DNA of 64,000 nucleotides from Trypanosoma brucei (Eukaryota): NCBI GenBank assembly GCA_000002445.1, contig CH464491.1, positions 5,088,001 to 5,152,000 of the forward strand, read 5' to 3'. Shown piece by piece: positions 60,490 to 64,000 of this stretch (position 1 is its first letter; each line of letters starts with the position of its first letter). The notes under the pieces were generated by a model. It saw only the letters and a program-made list of their open reading frames with translations, ran no database searches and was not told where the DNA came from. The position numbers and the translations under genes were made by a program.

Positions 60490-62010
60490 TTAAAAAAGCA
60501 AAAATGCAAGCAAAAGAGGGACCTTAATTACAGCTGAAATAAAAACCGTTCCCTCTTTGACTTTGCACTCATTCTTTTCCTTGTTCCAAGTGCATTTTGT
60601 CGTGTCACAATTAGTTTCGGACGAGGCTTTGCAATCAGCTGCGCTTGCTTTATTATCCCCGTCTTTCTTTTCTCCTGTTGCTGCTTCCGGTGTTTCCGTT
60701 CCTGGTTTGGATTTGCACTCCCCCTTTCCACCTTTTTCTTCCCATTTGCAGTTAGCTTTGGTGCAAGTCTGGTTTGTTGTGTTAGTGTTACATTCCACTT
60801 CTGATTTTGCTTTGTCTTTGGCTTGACTGTGTGACGGTTGGTTCGCTAGTTGGTGGATTTGCCTCGCTGCATAAGTGGCTTCGGCGGCTGTTCTTAAGGT
60901 CTTAAGGGCCGCTGCTGCCGTCCGTAGTTTTTCTTTTTTTTCTTTTCTTTCATTTAGCAGTCGCGCAGCTATTTCGAGCTGCTGCATCCACTTTATTCTT
61001 GTTGTTTTGGGCGTCAAGTCCATGTTATAGTAGCTTTCGTAGTCTACACAAATGTGGTCATCGTCTCCGCTGCAGTGGTTGGCGGTTGACTTCCCTAGTA
61101 TCTGATTTTTTGCTGTGTCGCCGTGGTACCTGCCTATCATTTGCTCCAGGTTCGCTATTGCCGATGCTATGTTCGCTGCCGTGGCTTCCGGCTGCGATAC
61201 CTCCGCGCAATTGTCGAGCAGTTTCTTCGCGGTTTGTTCTACGTTTGTTGCGCCGCTGGTCCAGCCTGTCGTTAGCTGAGTATGTGTGCAGCCTTTGCTT
61301 TCTGCTGCTGTTTTCCCAGCGCAAAGGCAAAGGACGTCATAGGCTAGGTTGTCGCCGACGTTGGTTCCTTTGCAGTCGTCCTGCCCGCATTCCGCTTCAT
61401 TCGGTGGCTTTAGCGCCGGAAGGCCCTCGCCGTCTTTTTGTTTGTCACCATACAGAGCTGCGCGCAGTGCTGTTTTTATCGCCTTTAGTTCTCGACCGTT
61501 GGCAGCGGTGATGCCCTCCGTGTAGGTGCGCGCGAGAGCGGCTGCCTCTTCGGCGTAGACAGCTAGTTGCTTCGCCGTTTTGGCTTGCGCCGGGCCCTGT
61601 TTAGGTGGTGGGTTTTGTTCTAGCCATTTTTTGTTAGCAGCGTTCGGATATGTTGCCTTTTCTGTTTTGAGCCAGTTTGGCCATTTTTGGCCCCAGTATG
61701 ATTCAAATTCTTGGTTTGTGAAATTCCCTTTTGAGGCTTGCCAGTCGTGGCTTGCGCCACCGCCGCCGAATTTGGTGCGCCATTCAGCGCTGGCTGCTGT
61801 CATGTTAAGTTTGTCGATCTCGAATGCGTCACTGGCAACACTGTCGTCGGATTTTAGCGGTTCTGGATCTGACTGCGCTAGTCTTATTAGCTTACAAAGC
61901 GTCCTGTATTCGGCTGCTGATTTTCCAGCACTTGTTGCCGCTTCTGCTCCTGGCATCAAAAGTTTTATAACATACAAAAAAGTTAAGAAATACCTTGTGT
62001 AACTTCGCAT
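60490..62010 (-). CDS. Variant surface glycoprotein, apparently intact (mosaic C-terminal domain)
   Basis: 506-aa ORF from ATG. Signal MRSYTRYFLTFLYVIKLLMPGAEAA. C-terminal domain …NCKWEEKGGKGECKSKPGTETPEAATGEKKDGDNKASAADCKASSETNCDTTKCTWNKEKNECKVKEGTVFISAVIKVPLLLAFLLF*. Confidence 0.85.
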   Translation of the reverse strand: MRSYTRYFLTFLYVIKLLMPGAEAATSAGKSAAEYRTLCKLIRLAQSDPEPLKSDDSVASDAFEIDKLNMTAASAEWRTKFGGGGASHDWQASKGNFTNQEFESYWGQKWPNWLKTEKATYPNAANKKWLEQNPPPKQGPAQAKTAKQLAVYAEEAAALARTYTEGITAANGRELKAIKTALRAALYGDKQKDGEGLPALKPPNEAECGQDDCKGTNVGDNLAYDVLCLCAGKTAAESKGCTHTQLTTGWTSGATNVEQTAKKLLDNCAEVSQPEATAANIASAIANLEQMIGRYHGDTAKNQILGKSTANHCSGDDDHICVDYESYYNMDLTPKTTRIKWMQQLEIAARLLNERKEKKEKLRTAAAALKTLRTAAEATYAARQIHQLANQPSHSQAKDKAKSEVECNTNTTNQTCTKANCKWEEKGGKGECKSKPGTETPEAATGEKKDGDNKASAADCKASSETNCDTTKCTWNKEKNECKVKEGTVFISAVIKVPLLLAFLLF

Positions 62011-62221
62011 AGTCTTGCTTCTATAATTGAAAAGGGGAAATAAATTGGTGTTTTCTCCTGATTTTGTTTCCTGCTGCCCCTATTTTGCCGAAAAGGAATG
62101 TTAAGTTTACTTCTGTCGTTTTGGTCTTGGTTTTTAAATCAGAGTTTTGGGGACAGCAAAGGCAAAATAGAACGTTTGGCATGGCCGCTCGCTTCAAGCG
62201 TCTGTGCTTTTACTTTCTATT

Positions 62222-63334
62222 TTACTGCAATTTGTGGCAGCTAAACTCTGACCATGTGCTGTCGAGTCGCTCGAGTTTGAACAGTACTGTGCTGTCCTTA
62301 TTTTTTTCTTTTAGTTGGCTTCTCAACTGAATGTATTCATCTATTTTTACGTGGTGGAAAACAATAAGGTTGGGATTTTCTTCTACAAATTTGTCGAGTG
62401 GCCTTTTCACATTCATTACATAATGACAATCTTGCATATCGACTGTCAGTAAACCATCAAGTTTCAATTTGGTCCTTATAACTTCGCCAATCATAATATC
62501 CTCATTAAGTGCTCTGAAATCCATATATGATTCAAAATGTCTGAATTTAAGTGGTGACTTTACTGAGTGTTTCAAAGGTTCATAATCAACAATTGCCATA
62601 ACTACATCCCTAGATAAAGTGGACGCATAACCTATCGTGTGCCATGTAATTTCATCACTAAATTCTTTAGGATATCCAACAGCTCTCCCCATATTCAATT
62701 TTTCTCTTGGAAGCAGCTCTAGATATTTTAGATACAGTGGCACTCTCATAAAAATATCATCATCTGCTTTCATTATATAAGGATTAGTTGTTTTGAATAT
62801 TTCAACTTCAAATTTGAATTACAAATATGTATTTCTACTCCTAGTGAGTTCTGCCTCCCAGCCCCAATTACCCGCATCTCCAACTTCTTTATCTGTTGTA
62901 GGGTTCACATCGCACACGGGTAAAATAATAACATCCTGATATAAATACCCTTCTTCTCCAAGAACTTCTCTTAGCTCACAACTGTTATTTGTGTGAGCTG
63001 AAAGTGCATATACTATAAGCAACTTCCCAGTAAAATTATTTGACTTTCTTGCCACTTCAGAATAACTCCAACACGTTTCCCCCTGTAGATTCCTTCTTCT
63101 GAACCTCTCAGCATTATCTATTGAAGGTATTCCAGCTACAACCAAATAATCTTCAGTTCTCCAATTTTGCCTTACATCAGTGGTAACAAATCTCATATAC
63201 TCATCCTCGACAATGTCAAGTGAAATAGTATCTCCTTCACTAAACAAGCTGTATAGCGAAACGAGTAGATTAATCTCCATAACAATGAAAGATAAGCAAC
63301 CTACAGCCGCATAAATACATCTTATACACTTCAT
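62222..63334 (-). pseudogene. GT31-family glycosyltransferase paralogue (copy B) with the same in-frame TAA
   Basis: ORFs 62819..63334 and 62222..62773 are in one frame, separated by TAA at 62819-62821. Motifs FRRRNLQGETCW and KADDDIFMRV. The central 420 bp is about 99% identical to copy A. Confidence 0.75.
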
Positions 63335-64000
63335 AAGATACTATTAACATACTAATGAAAATGTTAAATATCTTATAAAATCGTAGAGTTTATTAAAAGA
63401 GAAGCCAGTTGTGCCACTAAGGTGTTTATTTGAGAAATTGTGTTTACATTTATATATAATGCTTCAATACTGTTATGATATAGCTGTTGAATAGTGTATG
63501 TTCAGAGTGTATATCTTATATGTTAGCACAAACGCATAGTTTGCCGTTATAGATGGTATTTTCCTCTAATAAACCGGTGACTCACGCTTCTTAATTCTGC
63601 TACTTAAGTGAATACACATTTTCTCTTGTACACTATTGTGGAAGTTACAGCTGCCATTAGCACAGATTCTTTTAGATATACTATTTATTTTACTACGTAT
63701 TTGTGATACCCACCCCGGCCATCAGTTCTTATTATGAAAAACCCGTGAATATTGCTTCATGAAATACATGGTACTGTTTTTTCTAAAAGTTTCTGTGCAG
63801 TACCGTCTGGTCAGTTGCGTGTTAAATGTAGAGCAGCATCTCTGCCTGTACCATTTCGCTCTGTGTTTTATGAACGGTATGGAGCCTGTTGACTCCGTAT
63901 TTTTTTGCTTTGTTTGTTGCCATTGTTTCTGCTTTTTCGAATAACGTTAGGAGGCCCATTGGATTACACACCGGACACTGTTTGCCCTCATTATATCCAC

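Overview
Eukaryotic DNA with every hallmark of a Trypanosoma brucei subtelomeric silent VSG array; there are no bacterial operons and no CRISPR. About 18 variant surface glycoprotein (VSG) genes or fragments are present, all on the minus strand, each in the usual cassette form. Read in gene sense, a cassette is a 70-bp repeat block (TAA/TGA triplet tract plus the GT-rich core TGTTGTGAGTGTGTATATACGAATATTATAATAAG), then roughly 1-1.7 kb of upstream spacer, then the VSG CDS, then a 3'UTR carrying the conserved 16-mer TGATATATTTTAACAC. Only three VSGs look intact (8117..9565, 45798..47378, 60490..62010). The others are frameshifted, carry in-frame stops, lack the signal peptide or the GPI signal, or are 3' remnants. 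Three otherwise full-length VSGs carry nonsense codons inside the conserved C-terminal CKW(D/E)GKECK block. Non-VSG content is as follows. (1) A complete but frameshifted ingi non-LTR retrotransposon on the plus strand (about 53570..58840) encodes a 2A-like DVEENPGP peptide, AP-endonuclease, RT, RNase H and C2H2 zinc-finger segments, and sits where a VSG has been truncated. (2) A degenerate ingi-related element (DIRE-like) lies at about 24415..28200. (3) Two paralogous GT31-family glycosyltransferase pseudogenes lie immediately upstream of the two intact distal VSGs (DDD and RR..W motifs match this family). Both share the same in-frame TAA, and it lies inside a 420-bp near-identical tract. (4) Interstitial telomere-repeat tracts lie just 3' of the two intact distal VSGs. 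One is a head-to-head GGGTTAGGG / CCCTAACCC inverted pair that occurs twice; the other is a perfect (CCCTAA)10 tract. (5) The roughly 43.5-48.6 kb and 59.4-63.3 kb blocks are a segmental duplication. I see no evidence of a novel non-trypanosome system. The most interesting material is the internalised telomere-like junctions, the co-duplicated GT31 pseudogenes with a shared stop, and the recurrent nonsense hits in VSG C-terminal domains. All calls come from reading the sequence and ORF translations. No database search was run.
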